Below, one piece after another: positions 16,900-25,320 of a DNA stretch of 42,742 nucleotides; positions within the stretch are counted from its first letter, which is position 1; the number at the start of each line of letters is the position of its first letter. Both the position numbers and the translations under genes were made by a program. The DNA is taken from positions 1 through 42,742 of IMG/VR virus record IMGVR_UViG_3300008116_000220. One strand, written 5' to 3'. This stretch comes from a virus. Taxonomy: Duplodnaviria > Caudoviricetes. The notes below the pieces were generated by a model. That model was not told where the DNA came from, made no database searches, and saw only the letters and a program-made list of their open reading frames with translations.

Positions 16900-17114
16900 C
16901 TAACAAAAGTCTTCAACAACATATTAACGATGATATTGATGAATTAAACGATTCTAATGTTAGTAGTCAGCGTCGTCGTCATTTGAGCGATGAACTCAAT
17001 GCACTTGAGCAGTATCAAGTAAATCACCCAGACGAAGATTATGATCCAACTTCACTTGAATTGTATTGCGACTCTCACCCAAATGCTCTTGAGTGTAGAA
17101 TATATGAGGATTAA
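16896..17114 (+). CDS. cp12: Phage CP12 (Calvin-cycle inhibitor)
   Basis: C-terminal DPTSLELYCDSHPNALECRIYED CP12 signature; QRRRH...EL..LE.Y...HP as in cyanophage CP12. Confidence 0.92.
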   Translation: MTNKSLQQHINDDIDELNDSNVSSQRRRHLSDELNALEQYQVNHPDEDYDPTSLELYCDSHPNALECRIYED

Positions 17115-17120
17115 TAAGTA

Positions 17121-19049
17121 ATGGAAGGTGGGTCTTTATTTAATCCTGGATTTCTAGGATCTCATTTTTATTGGTGGATCGGACAGATCGCTGATGATTC
17201 AACTTGGAGAGACAATATTATTCCTGGAAAATTTGAAAGTAAAGATCAAGTTCCTGGGTGGGGTCGTAGATATAAAGTTAGAATAATTGGATTGCACGAT
17301 CGGGAGGAGACTACAATTCCTTCCGATCAACTTCCTTGGGCACAAGTGATGTATCCAATCACCGCTGGGGGAGGACAGGCAGCAGCATCTGCAACTCCAA
17401 ATATTCGGCAGGGTAATTTTGTTTTTGGATTCTTTTTAGACGGGCAAGACCAACAAGTTCCTGTTATAATGGGGGTTCTTGGAAATAATGCTCAGACCGT
17501 ATTGGGCACACAAACTGGTACAGATAAAACTAATTTTGGTCCCACTAGTGGATTCGCAACTCCTGCAAATGGAGACAAAGATTTAAATATTAAAGTACCT
17601 GCAGAGGCACTGGTCACAAACAAACCAAAATCAACAGAGCAATCTGCGGAGTGTTCTCCCCCTCCATCTGGAGTTGCGTTAAATCAATATGGTCTAAGAT
17701 CAGATCTTCCTTTATCAAAAGCACAATTTCAAGATCAACAAAGAGCTATAATAGAAGCGGAAGCGAGAATAAACTCCGGTCTATTGAGACAAGAGGATAG
17801 GGCGGCATTTATTCAATCTGAAGTAGCAAAGGGAATTAAAAATAGATGCCAAGAATCAAATTCTTCAACTTCTCCTTCTCAACCTGGTGCAACTAGAGAA
17901 CAACCAGATAATCCGCACGAATTAAGTGCAGCTGATGTAATTCGTAATGAAAAAATGTTAAGAAAGGTTCCTCTTTCTAGTCCTTGTAAGAAGCAAAAAA
18001 CAGATCTAAAAAATATACAAATAGTAATTGAGAATCTTACAAAAGATATTAATAAGGTTCAGCAAGCAGCAAACAGTTATATTGATGCAGTATCTACTAA
18101 TCTAAATGAATCTAAACTAAAATCATTAATAGATTCTGCTGCGTCAAAAATTGCATCCTATATGAAAAGTATCTTTGAGCAGGTTAAAGCATATGTGATT
18201 AAAGAAATGAATTCTAGAATTTCTAAAATAGTTGATAAAATATTCCCAAATCAAAGAAATAAAGTTTTAAAGTTAAAGGATAAAAGCACAAGTAAAATTG
18301 TTTGTCTTTTTAATAAAATAGTTGGAAAATTAGTTGGTTTGATAGGATCATTCTTGGGTAAATTATTTAAAGATGATTCTGGCAATTTAAAAAAAGTTGC
18401 ACCAGAAGAAGGAACTGCTCCAGTTGTTCCAATTTGTTCAGTTGAGCAACTTACGGGAAATGTATTGGGAAATGTAATTCAAGAAATTACTGAGGGAGTG
18501 GATGCCGCAATATCTCCTATTGGAAATTTAGTTTCAGAATCTTTGGGTTCTTATGTTGAACTTGGGGGAAGTGCTTCTGGAGATTCTAATTCTTTTCCTT
18601 TGAATTCATTGTTATATTCTGATTCTTCTGCATATGTTTCTGGTAAAATTGATTCTCTTGCTGGACAGACTTCTAGTTTTATTTTTGGACAGATTGATTC
18701 TGCAACTGGGGGCGTAAGTCAGCCTTTAACCAATGTTGCAACAATATTAAATCAGTCTTCATCTTTACTCGATGGAATAACTGGAAATATGACAAGTGCT
18801 TTGGGATTTGTAAATTCTGTACTGCAATTCTTTAGTTGTGATGAGGAGGAATCTTGCCCAATCAATGATTATCACACTTTCCAGAATGGTGGAGGAGCAT
18901 CTAAATCTATCGATCAGCCAGTTTTAGATAATGTGTCTAAAAATATAAATCAAAATTCGGAAGTTTCTAAGAAAGAAATTCCTTTTGCACAACCTTCTAA
19001 ACAAACTGTATCTGGATTTACTGTTGGAGCAAATTCAAACATTGGATAG
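17121..19049 (+). CDS. gp5: Baseplate hub/central spike gp5 N-terminal (OB-fold) protein; no lysozyme domain seen
   Basis: FYWWIGQI, RYKVRIIGLH....LPWAQVMYP and G.FVFGFFLDG...QVPVIMGVL make up the gp5/VgrG OB fold. Confidence 0.85.
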   Translation: MEGGSLFNPGFLGSHFYWWIGQIADDSTWRDNIIPGKFESKDQVPGWGRRYKVRIIGLHDREETTIPSDQLPWAQVMYPITAGGGQAAASATPNIRQGNFVFGFFLDGQDQQVPVIMGVLGNNAQTVLGTQTGTDKTNFGPTSGFATPANGDKDLNIKVPAEALVTNKPKSTEQSAECSPPPSGVALNQYGLRSDLPLSKAQFQDQQRAIIEAEARINSGLLRQEDRAAFIQSEVAKGIKNRCQESNSSTSPSQPGATREQPDNPHELSAADVIRNEKMLRKVPLSSPCKKQKTDLKNIQIVIENLTKDINKVQQAANSYIDAVSTNLNESKLKSLIDSAASKIASYMKSIFEQVKAYVIKEMNSRISKIVDKIFPNQRNKVLKLKDKSTSKIVCLFNKIVGKLVGLIGSFLGKLFKDDSGNLKKVAPEEGTAPVVPICSVEQLTGNVLGNVIQEITEGVDAAISPIGNLVSESLGSYVELGGSASGDSNSFPLNSLLYSDSSAYVSGKIDSLAGQTSSFIFGQIDSATGGVSQPLTNVATILNQSSSLLDGITGNMTSALGFVNSVLQFFSCDEEESCPINDYHTFQNGGGASKSIDQPVLDNVSKNINQNSEVSKKEIPFAQPSKQTVSGFTVGANSNIG

Positions 19050-19054
19050 TCATA

Positions 19055-19061
19055 CTAAATA
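19055..19061 (+). promoter_or_regulatory. Late promoter CTAAATA
   Basis: Consensus match in the intergenic gap before ATG19103. Confidence 0.6.
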
Positions 19062-19102
19062 CTTTTAATAAAAGAAAGAAAAAATAACAAGATCAATATT
19101 AT

Positions 19103-22100
19103 ATGGCAAGACAAAGCAGTTTATTAGGACCAACACCAAGATCTGCCATAACTGTAGGATACGTTGATCCTACTTTAGGATATATTGATAATGTTTCTAT
19201 TAATGATGCAAATAAATACGCGCAAGTAAATCCAGGAACTGTTTTTATTTTCTTTGATGGTGATAATAATCTAAGATTTTTAACAATTACAGAAGTAAAT
19301 TCTTTAACTTATTCTGATTTAATTTCTAATAATAAGTGTGATAATAAACCACAAAAATGCGGACCTCCTGTTATTAATTTTTTTGGAGGTGGTGGAGTAG
19401 GGGCCTCAGCAAATCCTATTATAGGCGCAGATGGATCATTACTTGCGGTTGATATAATTTCTGGAGGATTCGGATATAAATTTCCACCTAAAGTTTCTGC
19501 AGAAGATTTTTGTCAATTTGGAAGTGGTGCAGTATTAAGATCTTCATTAGGAGAAACCGCTACTATTTTAGAAACTTATGAGGATGAAGAAGATTTTGAA
19601 GAATATGTAATAGAAGAAGAAGAGGGTGATGGTGTAGTTGAATGGGGACCTGATGGAGAAATTTTAGGCGAATGGAATGCAGATAATTATGATTTTGATA
19701 ATGAAAATGATCCAATTGCAGATGAGATTAAAAAGTATCAGAAAGTTCTTATAGAGAAACCTTTTTGGACTACTAGAAAAAGCAAACCGTCTAAAATAAC
19801 TTCTTTAGATGAATCTTATGATTCTTATGATGTGACTCATCCCTCTTGGAATGAGTTTATGAATAAGTATGCGATTTCTCCAGTACCATCTTCAGATTTT
19901 CCTGGAAGTGATTATTCTGGAAGAGTCTTTACTTTTGAATGGATAGAAGAATTTCCATATGATGGGCAATATACTTTTAATGGACTTTGTGATAATATAG
20001 CAAAAGTTTATCTTGACGATTCTTTACTTGTAGATAATTTAAACGGATTTAATAGTCCAGTAACATCTTTTTCTATAAATATCACAGAAGGTTTTCACGT
20101 AATTAGAGTTGATTTATTAAATATTCCTGTCCCACAAACATCTAGTTCTTCTACTTCTCCAAGTAGCACTCAAGTATCAAAAATAAGTCCTAAATTTGTA
20201 AAAAAAGGAAAAGATTTTTTTATAGAAGTTGAAGGAACTGGCACCGGAAAGGTAACTATTTTAGTTGATATAAAAGATTCTCCTACAATTGCAGGTGTTG
20301 CTGCAAAGGAAATTATAATTCCTTCAGAGGAAGGTAATATTAAATTTACTAGAGAAGGATCCTCAAGTGGATCTGATTTATTAATAAAAACTGAAGAAAA
20401 TATAAGAAAAACTGCTAGATTTGCTGGAGGAAAAACTTATGGACCTATTAAAATTGTTGGAGCATCGTTAAATGTTCTAGACCCGCAAGTAAAAGGTAAT
20501 AGTAAAATTGCGTTGTATGATGCTGATGGAACTGATCAAAATATTCAGGTAAGTATTGCTGATGTCGTCAATGAACAAAATGTATTAAAGGTAAATGGGA
20601 TTCAGATAACGCAAAATTCCCCAGCATCCACACCAACTTCATATCAAATACCAGGAATAAAGTTTGTTCAGAAAAATAACCAATATTATGTTGAAGTATC
20701 TGGTACCGGTGAAGTTAAAGCAAAGATTAAAATGGAGGTTAATGATAATCCATATATTGCTGATATTGCTGCTTCTGAAATAATTTTGCCTACAGATTCG
20801 GGAAATGTTTCTTTTAAGAGAACTAAACTATCTCAGATAGACACTTTTACTTCTTCATTTATTTCTTATCTAAAAGAAGAAACAATAACGAAAAATGTAA
20901 GTTTCACTGGTGGTAGATTATATGGACCGATACAGATTATAGGTAGTAGTTCTACTCAAAAAATAACGGGTTCAAAAAGATTAGACTTATATGATTTGGA
21001 TGGAAATGATGCAAATATTAAATTTGAAATTTTTAGCATAAATCCAATTAGTTCTAAAGATTCATCAATAACTGTTGGAAATGTAGTATCTTCAGCATCT
21101 TGGAATACAAATCCGATGGGAATTTCTATGTCTATAGATGCTCCTGATCCACCAATTCCAGTAGAACCAATAAAAAAACAGACTGGTAGATGTCCTTCTA
21201 ATCCAATATGGTCTACAAGATTTTCTGGAGCAACTGCAAGTTGGTATCCTGTTAAATATGAAGTTCCAAATACCTGGAGTAAGTTTATGAACAGGTATGC
21301 GGTTTCTCCAGTCCCACCTTCAAGTGATCCTGGGAGCGATCAATCTGGAATAACTTTCTCTAATACTTGGAATGTAAATATTCCATATGACGGGTTTTAT
21401 GCATTAAAAGGAACCGCAGATAATTCTGGAAGAGTTTATGTAGATGGGATTTTAGTGACATCATTAAATGGATTCTCTGTAAATAATCCTACAATTAGTA
21501 AAGTTTTTATTACGGAAGGACCTCATACGATTACTGTTGAAGTTTTAAATTTTCCTCAAGATGTTTTTAGTACAGTTGATAAAAAAATATTCAGTACTCA
21601 AGATTGGAGATCTCCAACACAATCTGAATTTGTTGATGTTGTTTTTAGAGTTTATGGTGAGGGTAGAAATAGTAATAAAATGAAATTTTCATTTACTTCG
21701 GAAGATAAGTCTAGTACATTTACTATTAATGGTGCATATTCTTCTGGAACTTATAGAACTGAAACAATTAAAGTAAAAGCAAATACTAATTATACAGTTG
21801 TTGCTACTTCTTCTCTTGGGACTGTAGAGCAAGGTGTTATTTCAAATGGTAAAAAAAATAAAGAAGGTGGTCTCCAAGAGTCTAATCGTATTTTTGGAGA
21901 CCGGATTGCATCTGACAATGATAATGATGATATGCAAATTACTGTAGAGTCTGGTACATTTGTCCCTTCTAATAAAAGAAATGCAAAAAATAGTGGTAGA
22001 AGTACATATGACCTTACTTTTAAAGTTGGGACTCAAAATTTGACTTCAGTTGCAAACATTGGTGGGGTTAGTTATTCTGGACCTCCATTATTTGCCCATC

Positions 22101-23215
22101 AGGATAGATTTTGGAGTGATAATTTTATGAATAATTACTCTGTTTCTCCAAAAGTTTTTGTTAATATATCACAACCAGAAAATCCGGTGATAGGAAAATA
22201 TACTTTAACTTGGAGTAATGTTGATTTTCCAGAAAGTGGTACATATAAAATAAATTTTCAAGCAGACAATACGGGGACTTTGAAAATAGATGGTCAACAA
22301 ATTGCAACATCTACTGACTTCTCTGGAAATCCTATTCAATATATCGCAAATGTAACCCAAGGAAAACATACTGTTAGTGTTGAACTTGAAAATGTTCAAC
22401 AACCTTTGGATAATAAAAATTCTTTTATATTTAAGAATAATCCAATGGGAGCTGCTGTACATATTACTAAAGACATTAATACTCTTAATCCAAATGCTGC
22501 TTCTTGGGCCAGATCAAATCCAATTGGAGTTTCTGCTGTTCTTATATCTCCCCCTTGCCCTAAGGAAATTGGTGGTAGGGGAGTTGTTGATGAAGTAATA
22601 GTTGAAGATCCTGGAAATGGATATTTGCCACCAGACCCTACAGGACAAACATATCCAGTAACCCTTGAATTGACTGATGTTGTCGTAACCGATCCTGGAA
22701 TTAATTATAACTGTGGAGTTGATGAAATAAAAATAGTTCCAGATAATGGAGCTAAACTATCGTATATTTGTGATTCTTTTGGTAGGATCTTGGATGTTGT
22801 TGTAGATGAACCTGGGAGAGGTTTTACTTCATACCCAAATATTTTTATGCAGTCTCCTACGCAACCTACCGGAGTTAATGCATCTTTCATTCCAGTCTTT
22901 AGAGTTGTAAGAGATCCTATAGAAGTTCCTGAAGATAAATTAATCCAGGTGACTGACTTAGTTGGACTTAAGCAGACTGGATATGTTGATGGTCGTGCAT
23001 ATTATGGGGCAGTTTATTATGATAATGGAGTTAGATATGCTGGTTATTATAAGACAACTGGAACTCAAATTATAGTTTATGATACTCTGCAGGAAAGTAT
23101 AACTGCTAATATAGTTACTCCTCCAAGTGCCATTGAAGTATCTGGAACTGATGTTTCTTCTAATGATCCAAGATTAAATATTCCAAGAACTTTTGGAACG
23201 ACAACAGAATTGTGA
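19103..23215 (+). CDS. Large virion structural protein with three PA14-like carbohydrate-binding modules
   Basis: Three copies of (F/I)P..G.Y......DN....(L/V/I)D.....G.H.I.V, plus a duplicated beta domain and V.DPG.GY repeats. Confidence 0.75.
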   Translation: MARQSSLLGPTPRSAITVGYVDPTLGYIDNVSINDANKYAQVNPGTVFIFFDGDNNLRFLTITEVNSLTYSDLISNNKCDNKPQKCGPPVINFFGGGGVGASANPIIGADGSLLAVDIISGGFGYKFPPKVSAEDFCQFGSGAVLRSSLGETATILETYEDEEDFEEYVIEEEEGDGVVEWGPDGEILGEWNADNYDFDNENDPIADEIKKYQKVLIEKPFWTTRKSKPSKITSLDESYDSYDVTHPSWNEFMNKYAISPVPSSDFPGSDYSGRVFTFEWIEEFPYDGQYTFNGLCDNIAKVYLDDSLLVDNLNGFNSPVTSFSINITEGFHVIRVDLLNIPVPQTSSSSTSPSSTQVSKISPKFVKKGKDFFIEVEGTGTGKVTILVDIKDSPTIAGVAAKEIIIPSEEGNIKFTREGSSSGSDLLIKTEENIRKTARFAGGKTYGPIKIVGASLNVLDPQVKGNSKIALYDADGTDQNIQVSIADVVNEQNVLKVNGIQITQNSPASTPTSYQIPGIKFVQKNNQYYVEVSGTGEVKAKIKMEVNDNPYIADIAASEIILPTDSGNVSFKRTKLSQIDTFTSSFISYLKEETITKNVSFTGGRLYGPIQIIGSSSTQKITGSKRLDLYDLDGNDANIKFEIFSINPISSKDSSITVGNVVSSASWNTNPMGISMSIDAPDPPIPVEPIKKQTGRCPSNPIWSTRFSGATASWYPVKYEVPNTWSKFMNRYAVSPVPPSSDPGSDQSGITFSNTWNVNIPYDGFYALKGTADNSGRVYVDGILVTSLNGFSVNNPTISKVFITEGPHTITVEVLNFPQDVFSTVDKKIFSTQDWRSPTQSEFVDVVFRVYGEGRNSNKMKFSFTSEDKSSTFTINGAYSSGTYRTETIKVKANTNYTVVATSSLGTVEQGVISNGKKNKEGGLQESNRIFGDRIASDNDNDDMQITVESGTFVPSNKRNAKNSGRSTYDLTFKVGTQNLTSVANIGGVSYSGPPLFAHQDRFWSDNFMNNYSVSPKVFVNISQPENPVIGKYTLTWSNVDFPESGTYKINFQADNTGTLKIDGQQIATSTDFSGNPIQYIANVTQGKHTVSVELENVQQPLDNKNSFIFKNNPMGAAVHITKDINTLNPNAASWARSNPIGVSAVLISPPCPKEIGGRGVVDEVIVEDPGNGYLPPDPTGQTYPVTLELTDVVVTDPGINYNCGVDEIKIVPDNGAKLSYICDSFGRILDVVVDEPGRGFTSYPNIFMQSPTQPTGVNASFIPVFRVVRDPIEVPEDKLIQVTDLVGLKQTGYVDGRAYYGAVYYDNGVRYAGYYKTTGTQIIVYDTLQESITANIVTPPSAIEVSGTDVSSNDPRLNIPRTFGTTTEL

Positions 23216-23247
23216 TGGTAAATAGTAGTATAATTTATAAATGATAT

Positions 23248-23913
23248 ATGGCGACACCTCAAAATATAAAAAATACACGGGTAGGATCTCCTAGAAGCGA
23301 GGCATATGCTACTGGAGCATTGCCTGATAATAATAGATCAAAGAAGACTTATACTACAGTTCGTTATGGAAATGATCATGGATCTATAAGTTTCGGTCAT
23401 ATTCATAAGCAAGCAGACGTTGTTGCGGATGTTTTACTTCAGGCTTCTGATGGAAGACACTCTATAATGATGGATAAGGATGGCCCCAGAAAAGGTGGGA
23501 CTACTATGTTTGCCCCAGGAGTTTTTCAAATTCAATGTGGTGATGATAAAAGTGGAGATGAAAATGCTTTGGTTCTTACTTCCATCAATGGAGATATAAT
23601 TATTAGGGCTGAAAATGGTAGAGTTCGTATTGAAGGACTTGACATTGATTTAATTGCAAAAGGTCCAGACAATACTAGAGGAAATATACAAATTAAAGCG
23701 GAGGGGGGGAATCTCAATCTTAAAGCAAATAATATAACAATTGACGGAACTTCTTCATATAAACTAGTCACCACTGGTCAGGCACAAATAACAGCAAATT
23801 CTACTATGAAGATATATAGTTCAGTGATTCAGGGTGTGACAGATGCTGTTGCAAATAGAGATTCTAAAGTTGGTGGAAAGGATGTATATAGATCTCAAAC
23901 TAAAGTAAAATAG
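23248..23913 (+). CDS. Spike beta-helix protein (gp5 C-terminal-like)
   Basis: Periodic beta-strand repeats (NGDIIIRAENGRVRIEGLDIDLIA..GNIQIKAEGGNLNLKANNITIDG). Confidence 0.65.
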   Translation: MATPQNIKNTRVGSPRSEAYATGALPDNNRSKKTYTTVRYGNDHGSISFGHIHKQADVVADVLLQASDGRHSIMMDKDGPRKGGTTMFAPGVFQIQCGDDKSGDENALVLTSINGDIIIRAENGRVRIEGLDIDLIAKGPDNTRGNIQIKAEGGNLNLKANNITIDGTSSYKLVTTGQAQITANSTMKIYSSVIQGVTDAVANRDSKVGGKDVYRSQTKVK

Positions 23914-23922
23914 GAGAAATAA

Positions 23923-24582
23923 ATGGCTTTTTTGATGGATGATAATGCCGTAGGTGGACAATTTGTATGTGGAGCAGGAAAACCAGTTGCGTTGGGAGTG
24001 GGAGATTCTAAGATAAGGGGGTCTGCTTATGTTGAAGGACCTATGCAAGTTGGTAAATCAAGTGACCACAAAGTTCCCCGTGCTACTGTTCTTATAGGAA
24101 GACTTAATAACTCTGATGCACCATCTGCTTTATATTCTCTTTGGGTTAGATTATATTCAAGATTTCAGAACTTCGTTAGAATTGATGTTTTATTGAAATG
24201 TAAGTTCATTGAAGCAAAAATTGTAAGAACCCAAGTTCTTCAGGCATCAATAAAGAATTTTGTAATTGATCACCCAACTAAAGAAGGGAAAAAATTAGTT
24301 CATACTTGTTTAGAGGGACCTGAAAATGGAGTTTATGTTCGTGGGAAATTGGTTGATGAATCTGTAATTGAATTGCCAGAATACTGGACTAAGTTGGTTG
24401 ATGAATCTTCAATATCAATTTCTATTACTCCACTAGGAAATTCCCAAGATATTTTTGTATCTAAGATAGAAAATAATAAAATATACTTACAAGAAAAAGA
24501 ATCTATGCCAATAAGTTGCTTTTATCATATATTTGGTACAAGAAATGATGTCGAAAAGTTAATAACGGAGATTGATGAATAA
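23923..24582 (+). CDS. Virion protein with a fibre C-terminal chaperone-like domain
   Basis: KNFVIDHPTKEGKKLVHTCLEGPENGVYVRGKL...IELPEYW..LVD domain. Confidence 0.7.
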   Translation: MAFLMDDNAVGGQFVCGAGKPVALGVGDSKIRGSAYVEGPMQVGKSSDHKVPRATVLIGRLNNSDAPSALYSLWVRLYSRFQNFVRIDVLLKCKFIEAKIVRTQVLQASIKNFVIDHPTKEGKKLVHTCLEGPENGVYVRGKLVDESVIELPEYWTKLVDESSISISITPLGNSQDIFVSKIENNKIYLQEKESMPISCFYHIFGTRNDVEKLITEIDE

Positions 24583-25301
24583 TGGCTTTTACGTTTGAAA
24601 AGTACGGTACTTTTACTGGACCAGGAACTCCATTTGAATATAGAGATAATGATGATTTTGATGTTAGTAGTTATGATGGATCTCCTTTTAATCTAAGTGA
24701 TGTTTCTGTTTGTCTGGTGAATAAGTCGGAGTCTCCTGCAGACTATACTTATATGCACTTGAATGGGACAAGCACATCAACTCTTACTTTAGAAAGAAGT
24801 AGGGGAAATATCCCGTCTTTTTTTGTTAATGCAAATAGAACAACTTTTAGTGGTGAAGTTTTTTCTAATGGTGGTGGGCATAGACTTTCTGCTAAAAAGA
24901 ATTTTGATATTCCGCATCCAAATAAACAGGGATGGAGACTCAGGCATACTTGCATAGAGGGTCCTGAAAATGCCGTTTATTTCAGAGGAAGACTTACTGA
25001 TTCAAATGTAATTGAACTTCCAGAGTATTGGAGAGGATTTGTTGATCCAGAAAGCATCACTGTTAATTTGACACAAATAGGATCTCAACAAGATCTTATA
25101 ATTGAAAAGATTGAGTGGGGGACTAAAATTATTATTAAATCTGGGTCAAGCTCTTCTATAGATTGCTACTATATAGTGTATGCTAATAGAATTGATGGGG
25201 AAAATTTAATAGTAGAGTACGAAGGAAATAGTCCTGCAGACTATCCTGGCAATAATGATGAGTACTCTATTGTTGGTTGGAATTATGATGTAAGACCTTA
25301 A
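24582..25301 (+). CDS. Second virion protein with the same C-terminal domain
   Basis: KNFDIPHPNKQGWRLRHTCIEGPENAVYFRGRL...IELPEYW..FVD; start overlaps the previous stop (TAATG). Confidence 0.7.
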   Translation: MAFTFEKYGTFTGPGTPFEYRDNDDFDVSSYDGSPFNLSDVSVCLVNKSESPADYTYMHLNGTSTSTLTLERSRGNIPSFFVNANRTTFSGEVFSNGGGHRLSAKKNFDIPHPNKQGWRLRHTCIEGPENAVYFRGRLTDSNVIELPEYWRGFVDPESITVNLTQIGSQQDLIIEKIEWGTKIIIKSGSSSSIDCYYIVYANRIDGENLIVEYEGNSPADYPGNNDEYSIVGWNYDVRP

Positions 25302-25320
25302 TTTTTTTTCTAGTATCCTC

